32,000 nt of DNA from NCBI RefSeq assembly GCF_000015145.1, contig NC_008818.1:1380001-1412000 (forward strand), given 5' to 3'. The notes below the pieces were generated by a model. That model made no database searches. It was given only the letters and a program-made list of their open reading frames with translations, and had not been told where the DNA came from. This DNA comes from Hyperthermus butylicus DSM 5456. Lineage in GTDB: Archaea > Thermoproteota > Thermoprotei_A > Sulfolobales > Pyrodictiaceae. Made by a program: the position numbers and the translations under genes. The first letter of the stretch is position 1; every line of letters begins with the position of its first letter. Shown piece by piece: positions 31,588 to 32,000 of this stretch.

Positions 31588-32000
31588 CCGCCACCCCCAC
31601 CAACCCCATCTCTTCCGGGATAGAGTTCCCCTAGAGCACCAAGCATGTCCTTCCCATAGTGGACATGTGTTGAGCTGGTCGCTGTGTACTCCTGGAGAGT
31701 GCTTATTGGTCAACATGCTGGTGGCGTTTTGCTGGTTGTTGTTTGTAGGTTGGCTCTAGAGCACGCCGTCCCAGGAATAATGTGGCAGATGCGTGAGGCT
31801 TCCCGCGCTATAGCGTCGTGGGCCATCTTCTTGGTGGCAGTATTTTTGGCTCTGCCCTCCCGCGTAAGGTTTGCATGGAGTCTGAGCGCTTGCTGCCCGG
31901 GGGCTGTGGGGCTGGCCAGTTGTGGCGAAGATTCTCGCGGTTGCACGCTATGTACTTGTTGAGGGGCTGCGTGGTGGTGACCGTGGACAACCATGTCCAC

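Noticed and set aside
31590-32000. Several overlapping ORFs at the window end (31684-31962 plus strand, 31710-32000 minus strand, 31808-31990 minus strand).
   Set aside because: I could not recognise any family. The frames overlap each other and one may belong to a gene that starts beyond the window. The 92-aa plus-strand product has one hydrophobic stretch, which is not enough to call it.
1-32000. Window-wide visual scan for tRNA genes (GGTTCRAATCC and its complement), rRNA, CRISPR repeat arrays, IS transposases and integrases.
   Set aside because: I recognised none on either strand. The only exact tandem repeat seen is the 10-bp duplication at 20954-20973. This scan was by eye and is not a substitute for tRNAscan-SE, CRISPR finders or profile searches.

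Overview
The window looks like a chromosomal segment of a hyperthermophilic crenarchaeon, probably Desulfurococcales/Pyrodictiaceae-like. That placement is an inference from gene content, AGG/ATA/CTA-rich codon use, and structured RNA that is far more GC-rich than the coding DNA. Conserved genes are a truncated M55/DppA peptidase, hemB, SRP (7S) RNA, aIF-1A, Rio1 kinase, the KH-domain protein Dim2, a fucose-isomerase-like protein, a COG2403 P-loop protein and a UPF0282-type metallo-beta-lactamase.

The most interesting block is 5.1-13.2 kb, a same-strand extracytoplasmic multihaem electron-transport locus. It encodes:
- an octahaem HAO-family cytochrome c carrying a long C-terminal coiled-coil stalk and a TM anchor
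- a membrane-anchored HExxH protein
- a tetrahaem cytochrome c
- a Tat-exported NrfC-like 4x[4Fe-4S] protein, split by a frameshift at a C5 run
- a NrfD/ActC-like membrane subunit
- a monohaem cytochrome c

Next to it lies an unusual fusion of a SplB-like radical SAM domain with a class I methyltransferase domain.

Two visibly AT-richer accessory stretches hold orphan and decaying genes:
- 18.4-24.2 kb separates aIF-1A from Rio1-Dim2. It contains a secreted 533-aa orphan, a fragment paralogous to the radical SAM gene, an MFS transporter bracketed by inverted copies (one intact, one decayed) of a small membrane-protein gene, and a HEPN-MNT pair with a frameshifted HEPN.
- 25.5-29.8 kb contains a decayed encapsulated-ferritin-like gene and a two-gene operon whose products (807 aa and about 205 aa) both carry archaeal type IV pilin-like (class III) signal peptides.

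I recognised no tRNA, rRNA, CRISPR array, transposase or integrase.
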